Of a DNA stretch of 64,000 nucleotides, positions 9,877 through 18,992 are shown piece by piece (the stretch's first letter is position 1; each line of letters starts with the position of its first letter). The notes under the pieces were generated by a model. It was not told the DNA's origin. It worked only from the letters and a program-made list of their open reading frames with translations, and ran no database searches. The stretch is from Nautiliaceae bacterium (GTDB taxonomy: Bacteria; Campylobacterota; Campylobacteria; Campylobacterales; Nautiliaceae): contig JBDONT010000011.1 of assembly GCA_039831155.1 (NCBI GenBank), positions 32,367 through 96,366 on the forward strand. The letters are read 5' to 3'. Made by a program: the position numbers and the translations under genes.

Positions 9877-10537
9877 GCTTTACGGTAAAATTGAGGACTT
9901 GTTTTTAGATAAAGAGAGTGCTTATATTTTATGGGGTGAGTTTATAGATATTTTAAAAAAATTCGGAGTAAAAAGCGTACTTGATATAGGTTGTGGGAGT
10001 GGAGATTTTTGTGCCTTGGCTAAATCAAACGGTATAAATATTAAAGGAATAGATTTAAGTCAAACTCAAGTAAAAAGAGCAAAAGAGAAGTGCGATTGTA
10101 TCGTTAAAGATGTGTGTGATTTAAAAGAGAAATTTGAGGCTGCAGTGGCTATTTTCGATGTAATCAATTATATGAACGACGAAGAATTGAAAAAATTTTT
10201 TAAATGTGTGGAAAAAGTTATAGACAGATATTTTATTTTTGACGTAAACAGCTATTTTGCTATGAACGATTTAGCAATAGGTACTCTAAAAGCAGAGGAT
10301 GAAAACAGATTCGGTGTTTTATACAGTGACTTTGAAGATGATATGCTTATTACCGAAATTACTCTATTTGAAAAAGAGAAAGAGTGTTATAAAAAAGAAC
10401 AAAGAAAAATCATTCAATATTATCACAGTATAGAAAAACTCCAAAAATTAACGAATATGAAATTAATCGATAAAATTCCTATTTCGTTGTATGAAAGTGG
10501 AGAGATAGAGAAGTGGATTTTGGTGTTTGAGAAGTAG
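9866..10537 (+). CDS. Class I SAM-dependent methyltransferase
   Basis: VLDIGCGSG motif I, GIDLS, FDVINY, FIFDVN. Confidence 0.88.
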   Translation: MGLELYGKIEDLFLDKESAYILWGEFIDILKKFGVKSVLDIGCGSGDFCALAKSNGINIKGIDLSQTQVKRAKEKCDCIVKDVCDLKEKFEAAVAIFDVINYMNDEELKKFFKCVEKVIDRYFIFDVNSYFAMNDLAIGTLKAEDENRFGVLYSDFEDDMLITEITLFEKEKECYKKEQRKIIQYYHSIEKLQKLTNMKLIDKIPISLYESGEIEKWILVFEK

Positions 10538-11182
10538 TTATTTGGCTTTAAAACTCTCTTTGCTTACGCAAAATTCAGGTACAAAGCATTTTTCGCATTT
10601 CGGGTTTTTGGCAGTACAGATATAGCGACCGAAAAGTACAAAAGCTTGATGAAGTTCGTTTAAGTCGGTTTTGAAGGCTTTTATTAAATCTTTTTCCGTT
10701 TCTATGACGTCTTTTGCGTTCGTTATACCCAGGCGATGTACCACTCTAAAAACGTGGGTATCCACTGCCATTCTGTTTTCTCCGTTTAGTTCTATTAAAA
10801 ATACGTTTGCAGTTTTGTTACCCACACCCGGAAGCTTTATAAGCTCTTTATGTTCTCTTGGTATTGTTCCGTTGTAGTTTTCTTGAACCATTTTTGCCAT
10901 AGCTACCAGGTTTTTGGCTTTGTTGTTAAAAAAGTTACACGATTTTATAAGTTCTTTTACGTCTTCAATGTCGGCACAAGAGAGGCTTTTAATATTTGGA
11001 TATTTTTCAAAAAGTTTAGGTGTGACCAGATTAACTCTTTTATCGGTGCACTGGGCCGATAGAATAATAGCTACTAAAAGTTCGTAATCGTTTTTGTAGT
11101 TAAGTTCGGTTTTACTGCCTTTATAATGGGCTAAAAATCTTTTTTTTATCTCTTCTAGCTCTTTTGGCTTTCTTAAAACCAT
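10538..11182 (-). CDS. nth: Endonuclease III
   Basis: LSAQCTD, HhH LPGVGNKTANV, AVDTHV, CTAKNPKCEKC..C 4Fe-4S motif. Confidence 0.97.
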   Translation of the reverse strand: MVLRKPKELEEIKKRFLAHYKGSKTELNYKNDYELLVAIILSAQCTDKRVNLVTPKLFEKYPNIKSLSCADIEDVKELIKSCNFFNNKAKNLVAMAKMVQENYNGTIPREHKELIKLPGVGNKTANVFLIELNGENRMAVDTHVFRVVHRLGITNAKDVIETEKDLIKAFKTDLNELHQAFVLFGRYICTAKNPKCEKCFVPEFCVSKESFKAK

Positions 11183-11278
11183 TTTTTTCCTTTTTCAAAA
11201 ATTATATCAAAAAAACCTTGCATAATAACTCTTTAAATAAATGCTATAATAACAAATATTTTCTAAAAAAGGAGAAGT

Positions 11279-11995
11279 ATGGCTGGACATAATAAATGGT
11301 CTAAAGTTAAGCATATAAAAGCAAAAGAAGATGCAAAAAAGAGTAAAATTTTTACTAAACATGTTCGTGCTATTATGACTGCCGCTAGACAAGGTGGCGG
11401 TAATCCGGATAACAACCCGGCACTTCGTCTTGCAATTGACAGGGCAAAAGCAGATTCAATGCCTATGCAAAATATTCAAAGGGCTATAGATAAAGCTACC
11501 GGAAATTTAGACGGAGTTGTTTTAAGCGAAGTTACATATGAAGGATATGGACCTGGTGGTGTGGCTATAATGGTAGAGTGTTTGACTGATAACAAAAACA
11601 GAACCGTAGCGGAAATTCGCCACGCTTTTAAAAAAGCCGGAGGGAGCTTGGGTACTAGTGGAAGCGTTGCTTGGATGTTTGAGAAAAAAGGTATTATAGT
11701 AGTTACCAGAAGCGACAAAGATGATGAAGTTATGGAAAGTGCTATTGAAGCGGGAGCTGAAGATATTAAAGAGATGGATGAAGTTCTTGTTATAGAAACG
11801 GCTCCGGAGGATTTTAATGCGGTCCTTGAAGCGGTAAACGCAATTGAGGGAATAGAAATTCTTGAGAGTAACATTCAGTTAACTGCTACGAATTTAAGTG
11901 AAGTTGATGATGAAACTGCTGAAAAAGTAGAAAGACTTATAGAAGTTTTAGAAGAGCTTGATGACGTTCAAAACGTAATTCATAATATGGCTTAA
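11279..11995 (+). CDS. yebC: YebC/PmpR family protein
   Basis: [33 protein letters not shown]; extended -10 TGCTATAAT at 11242-11250. Confidence 0.95.
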   Translation: MAGHNKWSKVKHIKAKEDAKKSKIFTKHVRAIMTAARQGGGNPDNNPALRLAIDRAKADSMPMQNIQRAIDKATGNLDGVVLSEVTYEGYGPGGVAIMVECLTDNKNRTVAEIRHAFKKAGGSLGTSGSVAWMFEKKGIIVVTRSDKDDEVMESAIEAGAEDIKEMDEVLVIETAPEDFNAVLEAVNAIEGIEILESNIQLTATNLSEVDDETAEKVERLIEVLEELDDVQNVIHNMA

Positions 11996-12043
11996 TGTAA
12001 TATTTATGTTAGGTTTATACAATTAGAAAAAAAAGGAGATTTT

Positions 12044-12922
12044 ATGAAAAAAATTTTAGTAGGAAGTTTATTGGCAGTAGGTGCTTTATTTGCGTTTCCG
12101 GGAATGGCTGGTGGAAGTATGCACGGGAGTGCGGCTTTAGTAGGAAAGCCTTTACCTGGACTTAAAGATGATACGGTACTTGCAAAAGTAAACGGAAAAC
12201 CGGTTAGAGTAAAAGATATAAATGCTTATCTTCAAGGAATTACCGGAGATAATAGAATAAGACTTCAAGACCTTCCGGCTCAACACGTAAAACAGTTTGT
12301 AAAGCAATATATAGAACTTATGGAAATTTATAATTCTAAAGCGAAAAAAATTACAAATACGGCTCAATACAAAGCTGCGGCTATGAAACTTGCGGTTGGA
12401 ATCTGGCAAAGAAACGAATTTCAAAATATAAAAGTTTCCGATAAAGAGGTAAAAGAGTTTTATGAAAAAAATAAAGATTTATTTAAAACTACGCCTAAAG
12501 TAAAAGTTAGACATATTTTAGTAAAAGACGAAAAAGAGGCTGAAAAATTAATTAATGAATTAAAGGGTCTAAAAGGTAAAGCACTTGAAAAGAAATTTGC
12601 AGAACTTGCAAAAAAATATTCTCAAGGACCTAGTAAAATTCAAGGTGGAGAACTTGGCTGGATAGACCCGAATCAAATGGTACCTCCTTTTGCAAAAGCT
12701 GTTGAATCTATGAAACCAGGAGAAATTACTTTAAAACCGGTAAAAACAAGATTCGGTTATCACGTAATTTTAGTTGAAGCTAAAAACGACAAAAATTATA
12801 TTCCGTTTAATGCGGTAAAAGCTAAAATAGTTGAATATCTAAAAGCTAAAAAACTTGAAAACGAACTTCAAAAAATTAAAAAATCTTACAAAGTGGAATA
12901 TACAATTCCTAAATCAAAATAA
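12044..12922 (+). CDS. Exported PpiC-type peptidyl-prolyl isomerase (PEB4/Cbf2-like)
   Basis: Signal peptide; RHILV, FAELAKKYS, GGELGW, MVPPF, TRFGYHVI parvulin motifs. Confidence 0.9.
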   Translation: MKKILVGSLLAVGALFAFPGMAGGSMHGSAALVGKPLPGLKDDTVLAKVNGKPVRVKDINAYLQGITGDNRIRLQDLPAQHVKQFVKQYIELMEIYNSKAKKITNTAQYKAAAMKLAVGIWQRNEFQNIKVSDKEVKEFYEKNKDLFKTTPKVKVRHILVKDEKEAEKLINELKGLKGKALEKKFAELAKKYSQGPSKIQGGELGWIDPNQMVPPFAKAVESMKPGEITLKPVKTRFGYHVILVEAKNDKNYIPFNAVKAKIVEYLKAKKLENELQKIKKSYKVEYTIPKSK

Positions 12923-12931
12923 GGAGGAGAG

Positions 12932-13996
12932 ATGTTTGATTTTGTAAAACCTGGGGTATTAACTGGAAGTGAAGCTGCAAAAGTTATGGATGTTTGTAAA
13001 GAGAAAGGTTTTGCACTTCCGGCAATTAACGTAGTAGGGACAAATTCTGTAAATGCGGTAATGGAAGCTGCAAGAGAAGTAAATCTTCCTATTATCATTC
13101 AGTTTAGTAACGGAGGAGCTCATTTCTGGGCTGGAAAAGGGCTTGATAACGATAATCAAAAAGCTGCAGTTTTGGGTGCGATAGCAGGTGCTAAGCATAT
13201 CCATACATTAGCGGAGGCTTATGGAGTGCCGGTAATTTTACATACGGACCACGCGGCAAGAAAACTATTGCCTTGGATTGACGGGCTTTTAGAAGCCAAC
13301 GAAAAACATTATGAAAAATATGGAAGACCTCTTTTTAGTTCTCATATGCTTGATTTAAGCGAAGAACCACTTGAAGAGAATGTGGCAACTTGCAAAGAGT
13401 ATCTAAAAAGAATGAGTAAAATCGATTTACTTCTTGAAATTGAACTTGGAGTAACCGGTGGGGAAGAAGACGGAGTTGATAACACCGGAATTGATAACGC
13501 AAAACTTTACACTCAACCGGAAGATGTTGCTTATGCTTATAAAGAGTTAAGTGAAGTTAGCGATTTATTTACAATTGCTGCAAGCTTTGGAAATGTTCAC
13601 GGAGTTTATAAACCGGGACACGTAAAACTTGAACCGATTATCCTTAAAAATTCACAAGAGTATGTAAGAGAAAAATTTAATCTAAAAGATGAAAAACCTA
13701 TTAGATTCGTATTCCACGGAGGAAGTGGAAGTGAGCTTAGTAAAATTCACGAAGCTATTGATTATGGTGTCGTTAAGATGAATATCGATACGGATACTCA
13801 ATGGGCGTTTTGGAGTGGAGTAAAAGGTTATATTGAAAAATATCACGACTATCTACAAAGTCAAATTGGTAACCCGGAGGGTGAAGATAAACCAAACAAA
13901 AAATACTATGACCCTAGAAAATGGCTAAGAGAGGGTGAAAAAAGTATGAAAGCAAGAGTAATTGAAGCATATAAAGACCTTAGAGCTATCAAGTGA
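12932..13996 (+). CDS. fbaA: Fructose-bisphosphate aldolase class II
   Basis: HTDH, ELGVTGGEEDGVD, FGNVHGVY, FHGGSG, KMNIDTD, NKKYYDPR. Confidence 0.97.
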   Translation: MFDFVKPGVLTGSEAAKVMDVCKEKGFALPAINVVGTNSVNAVMEAAREVNLPIIIQFSNGGAHFWAGKGLDNDNQKAAVLGAIAGAKHIHTLAEAYGVPVILHTDHAARKLLPWIDGLLEANEKHYEKYGRPLFSSHMLDLSEEPLEENVATCKEYLKRMSKIDLLLEIELGVTGGEEDGVDNTGIDNAKLYTQPEDVAYAYKELSEVSDLFTIAASFGNVHGVYKPGHVKLEPIILKNSQEYVREKFNLKDEKPIRFVFHGGSGSELSKIHEAIDYGVVKMNIDTDTQWAFWSGVKGYIEKYHDYLQSQIGNPEGEDKPNKKYYDPRKWLREGEKSMKARVIEAYKDLRAIK

Positions 13997-16686
13997 TTTA
14001 TGAGTATATAAAAGAAGGGTTAAAAAACTCTTCTTTTTTTCTTCTGCCTTTTCCCACAGGAAGTGGTAAAACTTATGCCGTTAAGAAATTTATCAATTCC
14101 ACTTCAAAAAAAGTTTTATTCGTAACTCACTTACATCATCTTTTAGAAGATGTTTATAAAGATATTAAAAACAAAAAAGTACTTTATTTAAAAAGTGACG
14201 TCCAAAGCATTCTTGACGTTATAGATGAAAAATTTGAATTTGTAAATAGATATGAAGAGTTTAAAAACATTAAAAAATACTCCAAAATAAGGGGTGATTT
14301 GTATGATATTTTAAAAAATGACGTAAGTAAGTTGAAATTTAGGATTTTAAGCGATTCAAAAAGACTTCTCTCAAAAGATTTGACAAAACTTTTAAACGAC
14401 GCTAAAAAGCTTTTTCCTTCGGTTGAAATTGAAAAATACGATGTAGTAATTACTACCACCCAAAAACTTGCCAGAGGGTTTTTTAATTTTGAAAATAAAA
14501 CGTTTAAGAGTGTCTTTAAAGACGGTATTTTGTTCATTGACGAGTTTGACGCCCAAAAAGAGGTCTTAACGGATGTTTTTTGCGATTTAAAGGATGTTGA
14601 AATAATCGATTTGTTTTTAAGAATATATTTTGGCATTAATCAAAAAGAGTTTGTTAAAAGATATAACCCTTCCAAAGAGCTTCGTTTAAAATTTAAAACC
14701 CTTTATAAAAAAGGGGTTGACAGGTTTTATAGGGTCGATACTGTAGATAATTTTTACACTTTTGCTATGGACAGTTTTAACGGTGTTATGGAAAGTGGAA
14801 ATTTTATCGATAAAGAGCTTTTTGATGAAATTAAAAGTACTTTGAATTGGTTTTTCTCTTTTTCTAAAAGATATATTAATGAAATTGACGAATATTTAAG
14901 ATACGTTTTGGGTAAAAACAGGGATGAATTTTATTTGTATGCTTTAAAGAAAATTCTTTATCAGGATTTTGAGTTAGGGTCTTTAAAGGATGATTTTTAT
15001 TCTAAAGGTTTTAGTTTAATAAACGTCTCAAGAGAGGTTGATTCCGAAATAGAGAATTTTAAGTGTTATGATGTTTTTATAACGCCGGAAGGATTTTTAA
15101 AGAGTTTAAATGAATCTATGCAGATAGTTGGCATTTCTGCAACTTCCGAAATAGAAACGGTGGTAGGTAATTTTGACTTGGATTATTTGGAAGTTGATAA
15201 GTTTGAAGTGCCTTTAAAAAAACTTGAAGATAGAGAGATAATTCCTAAAGTGTTTGATGATGATTTGCATAAATGTATAAGAGAGTGTTTTTTAGGGGAT
15301 TTAAATGCTTTAGAGATAATGAATTTTATAAAAAGGGTAAACGAGTATGCTTTGAGAAAATTTATTCACTTTTTTTACGCTTATAAGGAGTTTATGGATA
15401 ATAACATTCATACCTTTTTGTATCTTGAGACGCCTTATTTAACTAATTATAAGAGTTTTTCAAAAGAGTTTAACGAACTTTTTATTCTTTTTTGTGCTGT
15501 TAACGGTTTTGAAAACTATTTAACCGAACTTAGAGATAAAAGAGAATTTAAAGCGGGTAAAAGAAGTTTTATCATAAGCAGTTATAAAAATATAGGGGTT
15601 GGGGTTAATCTTCAGTATGAATATAAAGGTTTTGTAAAAGATATAGACGCTATTTATCTTGGCGAAGTTACCAACTTAATTCCGGAAGATAAATTAAAAT
15701 CCGTTTTTATTTTGTATTCTTTATACGTAAACGGGTATATAGGAAGTTTTAAAAAATATTTTTTGGAAATTGTAAACGGAAACTTTAGGGGGTTTAAAGG
15801 ATTTTACGCTCAAACGGATGATTTTGTTGCAAATGTGGTTAAGGTGTTGATTCAGGCGGTAGGGAGGCTTTATAGAGCTAAAAACGATAAAATTTATGTT
15901 TATACGAATAAAGCAAACTCCGATATTATCGCTTCGTATGTCGGGGATGTTTATCTTCCAAAAGCTTTAAAGAGTTTAGCGGGAGTTGAGAGAGACAGTG
16001 TAAAACCCTCTTTTGAAACTAGGGTAAAAATTAAAAACTCCCATATAAAATCAAAATTTAGCTACTATAAAAAAGGGTTTGAAAATCCTAAGATAGTTTC
16101 ACAGTATAAAAAATTAAGAGAGGAGATTTACAATTCTTTTTCATTGGATGAAGAAAAAGAGTTTAATGAGAAGTTCGGAAGAGGGTATTTTTATAAACAA
16201 AAGGATGATTTTAGTTATCTTGAGATATCTTTTGAGAAAAAAAGAGGTTTTAGTGAATATAAGGAGTTTGAGTTTGAGGGGGAGTTTAAAAAGTTTGAGT
16301 GTAAAATAAAAGGAGAATATCTTCTTTTGCCTTATGCTTATGAGATATTTAAAGGGATTTTGGGAGAAAAGGTAGGAGAATATGTTTTTAATAACCGTTT
16401 TTCGATAAAACTTGAAGAGGTGGAAGAGTTTGAGGTTTTTGATTTTAAGTTTAAGGATAATTATATAGATTTTAAAAACTATTCCGATTTTAATTTAAAA
16501 AGAGATATAACGTCTTTAATAGAAAAAACGGCTTTGAAACTTAAAAGAGTAGGGGGTAAAAAGGCTTTTTTGATTAACGTCTTTGGAAAGGAAGGTAAGA
16601 TTTACGAGGTTGGGGATGTGGTTGTCGTGCCTTATTTAATAAAAGGGGATAAAGTTAATATGAAAGTGAGGGAGTGGTTTGATTAA
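13993..16686 (+). CDS. SF2 helicase fused to a C-terminal PD-(D/E)xK nuclease; DdmD-like
   Basis: Walker A LPFPTGSGKTY, Walker B FIDEFD, motif III GISATS, motif V SSYKNIGVGVNLQY, motif VI IQAVGRLYR; C-terminal FKGILGE..EVFDF..IDFKN. The DdmD assignment rests on recalled motif similarity. Confidence 0.78.
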   Translation: MIYEYIKEGLKNSSFFLLPFPTGSGKTYAVKKFINSTSKKVLFVTHLHHLLEDVYKDIKNKKVLYLKSDVQSILDVIDEKFEFVNRYEEFKNIKKYSKIRGDLYDILKNDVSKLKFRILSDSKRLLSKDLTKLLNDAKKLFPSVEIEKYDVVITTTQKLARGFFNFENKTFKSVFKDGILFIDEFDAQKEVLTDVFCDLKDVEIIDLFLRIYFGINQKEFVKRYNPSKELRLKFKTLYKKGVDRFYRVDTVDNFYTFAMDSFNGVMESGNFIDKELFDEIKSTLNWFFSFSKRYINEIDEYLRYVLGKNRDEFYLYALKKILYQDFELGSLKDDFYSKGFSLINVSREVDSEIENFKCYDVFITPEGFLKSLNESMQIVGISATSEIETVVGNFDLDYLEVDKFEVPLKKLEDREIIPKVFDDDLHKCIRECFLGDLNALEIMNFIKRVNEYALRKFIHFFYAYKEFMDNNIHTFLYLETPYLTNYKSFSKEFNELFILFCAVNGFENYLTELRDKREFKAGKRSFIISSYKNIGVGVNLQYEYKGFVKDIDAIYLGEVTNLIPEDKLKSVFILYSLYVNGYIGSFKKYFLEIVNGNFRGFKGFYAQTDDFVANVVKVLIQAVGRLYRAKNDKIYVYTNKANSDIIASYVGDVYLPKALKSLAGVERDSVKPSFETRVKIKNSHIKSKFSYYKKGFENPKIVSQYKKLREEIYNSFSLDEEKEFNEKFGRGYFYKQKDDFSYLEISFEKKRGFSEYKEFEFEGEFKKFECKIKGEYLLLPYAYEIFKGILGEKVGEYVFNNRFSIKLEEVEEFEVFDFKFKDNYIDFKNYSDFNLKRDITSLIEKTALKLKRVGGKKAFLINVFGKEGKIYEVGDVVVVPYLIKGDKVNMKVREWFD

Positions 16687-18079
16687 TAAAATAGTTTTTA
16701 ATTCGGACAAAAAAGAGCTTTTTAAAAAGTATTATTACTATAAAATGCAAAAATCAAAAGAGAATTTTAAAAAACTAAAAGAGATAAAAAAAGAGTTTTT
16801 CGAAGTAAGTGGGAATACTATTATAGTAGCTTCAAAAGAAAAATTAAACCTTCTAAAACTCTCTTTTAAAGAGTTTAATGAGCTGTGTTTTGATTCTCTT
16901 TTTAACATTTATCTTAAATCGTTAAATCAAGAGAATGCTTTTTGTGGTTATAGTGACGGATATTACACTCATTTTTCCAAAAATATTTATTTAAAATTTT
17001 TTTCTTTAAAAGGGGCTTTAAATATAGTAGCTAAAAAAATTAAAAAGAAAAAGTCTGCAAGATATACAGCTAGAGATTCTTTATATGTTTGTGAAAATGG
17101 GGAATACTCTTTTGTGCCTAATGATAAGCAGGTTAAATATTTGGGTTTTTACGATAAGGATTATTCAAAGACAAAGCAGTTTCATTTGATGAGGTTTATT
17201 GAAAAAAGTGGGGTTTGGTTTGAAGAGATTGAGTTTACGAAGTTTGTTTTCAGCAAGAAAGAAGGATTGGAAGATAAATTTAAAGACCTTGAAATAAAAG
17301 TTATAAATTACACCAAAAACATGGGTTATGAAAAAGAACTGATAGAAATGATAGAAAAAAAGGGAGCTAAAGTTGTAAAAAATTCTAATTTAATTCTTAC
17401 TATAACTCTTCCTAAAGAGAATTATTCTAAAAACGACCCTTATAAAAAAAAGGGTTTTCTTTCTCAAAACGTAACTGTTAAAACTCCTATTAATAAAAAT
17501 ACCGTTTCGGTTTTATTAAAAGAGCTTTTGATAAAAGAAGAGATAGAAAAAAATAGGTTTTTAATTCCTAAACATCTATTTGATGGATTTGAGTTTTATA
17601 TCCCTTATAAAGAGAAGCTTTACGGGATGAAGGTTTATAAGGATAGATTTGAGTTTGTGGTTGAAGATGATTATTATGACGCTTTAATGGTGGTTAAATA
17701 TGAAGATAATATCAATATAATAAAAACGACGCCTTATAGGAAACTTCCCAAACGTTTAAAAGAGATTGATTCTCTTTTGCAAAAGGGAGTAAAGATAAGA
17801 AATAAAAGCTACTCTTATCTTTATAATGATTTGATAGGAATAAACTATTTTGAAGAAGAAAACAGACTCTTATATTTTACAGGACTTTTACCAAACTCTT
17901 TACGTTCTACCTATAAAGGGCTTGTGATTAGGGAAATTGATGTAATTAAGGGTAGGGTTTTAAAGGAGGTGCTTGAATCTATGGATGAATTTTTTGTAAA
18001 TTTTAAAGAATTGACGGTTATGCCTTATTTTGCAAAATATATAAGGGAGAAGTATGAAATCCCCTATCGTGCCTTTTGA
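16679..18079 (+). CDS. Putative catalytically inactive prokaryotic Argonaute-like protein; DdmE-like
   Basis: TTG start with GGGAG RBS, overlapping the helicase stop; MID-pocket-like DPYKK..SQNVT..VLLKELLIK; PIWI-like C-terminus LTVMPYFAKYIRE. Confidence 0.62.
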   Translation: MINKIVFNSDKKELFKKYYYYKMQKSKENFKKLKEIKKEFFEVSGNTIIVASKEKLNLLKLSFKEFNELCFDSLFNIYLKSLNQENAFCGYSDGYYTHFSKNIYLKFFSLKGALNIVAKKIKKKKSARYTARDSLYVCENGEYSFVPNDKQVKYLGFYDKDYSKTKQFHLMRFIEKSGVWFEEIEFTKFVFSKKEGLEDKFKDLEIKVINYTKNMGYEKELIEMIEKKGAKVVKNSNLILTITLPKENYSKNDPYKKKGFLSQNVTVKTPINKNTVSVLLKELLIKEEIEKNRFLIPKHLFDGFEFYIPYKEKLYGMKVYKDRFEFVVEDDYYDALMVVKYEDNINIIKTTPYRKLPKRLKEIDSLLQKGVKIRNKSYSYLYNDLIGINYFEEENRLLYFTGLLPNSLRSTYKGLVIREIDVIKGRVLKEVLESMDEFFVNFKELTVMPYFAKYIREKYEIPYRAF

Positions 18080-18899
18080 GTTTAGAAGAAAGTTTTTTCA
18101 CATTAAAAGAGACGATTTGTTAAGACCTTTTGAGGGAAATAAGGCGAGAAAGTTTTATTATTTTTTTAAAAACGATTTTCCGGGTATTAAAAGGGTCGTT
18201 TCTTTCGGGTCTAATCAGTCTAACGCTTTTGGAGCGTTAAGCAGGCTTTGTAAGTTAAAAGGATGGGAATTTGTTTATTATACTTCCCATATACCTTCTT
18301 ATTTAAAAGAAAATCCCCAGGGAAATTATCTTTTGGCTTTAAAAAATGAAGCGAAAGTTATAGAATGCGGGCTTTATGGAGAAGAACTTAGAAGTTTTGT
18401 ACTTGGTTTAAAAGATAAAAAGACTCTTGTGATAGAAGAGGGTGGAAGGGTTAAAGAGAGTGAAGAGGGAATAAAACTTTTGGCAGATGAAATAAACGAC
18501 TATGCTAAAAAGCATAATTTAAAAGTTTTTTTACCGAGTGGGACCGGTACGACTGCCTATTTTCTTTCAAAACATCTTGATGTTGAGGTTATAACGACTC
18601 CGTGTGTTGGGGATGAAAATTATTTAAAAAAACAGTTTGAGTGGCTGGGTGGTGGAAAAATTCCCACTGTTTTACCTCCTAGAAGGAAATATCATTTCGG
18701 AAAACTTTATTTGGAGTTATATAAAATATGGAAAGAGTTAAAAAAGAGTGGAATTGAATTTGATTTATTATATGACCCTATAGGATGGGATACGATTTTA
18801 AGGCATAATCTTAAAGATATTTTGTATATTCATCAAGGTGGGCTTATAGGGAATGAGAGTATGTTAAAAAGGTATGAAAGAAAATTCGAATTTGTGTAG
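18054..18899 (+). CDS. ACC deaminase / D-cysteine desulfhydrase family PLP enzyme
   Basis: IKRDDL, GNKARK (PLP lysine), GSNQSNA, SGTGTT, FDLLYDP, IHQGG. Confidence 0.9.
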   Translation: MKSPIVPFEFRRKFFHIKRDDLLRPFEGNKARKFYYFFKNDFPGIKRVVSFGSNQSNAFGALSRLCKLKGWEFVYYTSHIPSYLKENPQGNYLLALKNEAKVIECGLYGEELRSFVLGLKDKKTLVIEEGGRVKESEEGIKLLADEINDYAKKHNLKVFLPSGTGTTAYFLSKHLDVEVITTPCVGDENYLKKQFEWLGGGKIPTVLPPRRKYHFGKLYLELYKIWKELKKSGIEFDLLYDPIGWDTILRHNLKDILYIHQGGLIGNESMLKRYERKFEFV

Positions 18900-18992
18900 A
18901 TTTGAAGCATTATTTATAAAATTTTCTTATATTAATTGTAAATGAAAAGGCATTTTGATATTATTATAGTATATTTCAAAACGGAGGGTAGT

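Noticed and set aside
13993-16686. Type III restriction subunit, Cas3 or Hachiman HamB as the identity of the helicase
   Set aside because: No adjacent methyltransferase, no HD domain or cas genes, and the partner lies downstream with MID-like motifs. DdmD-like fits better, pending a profile search
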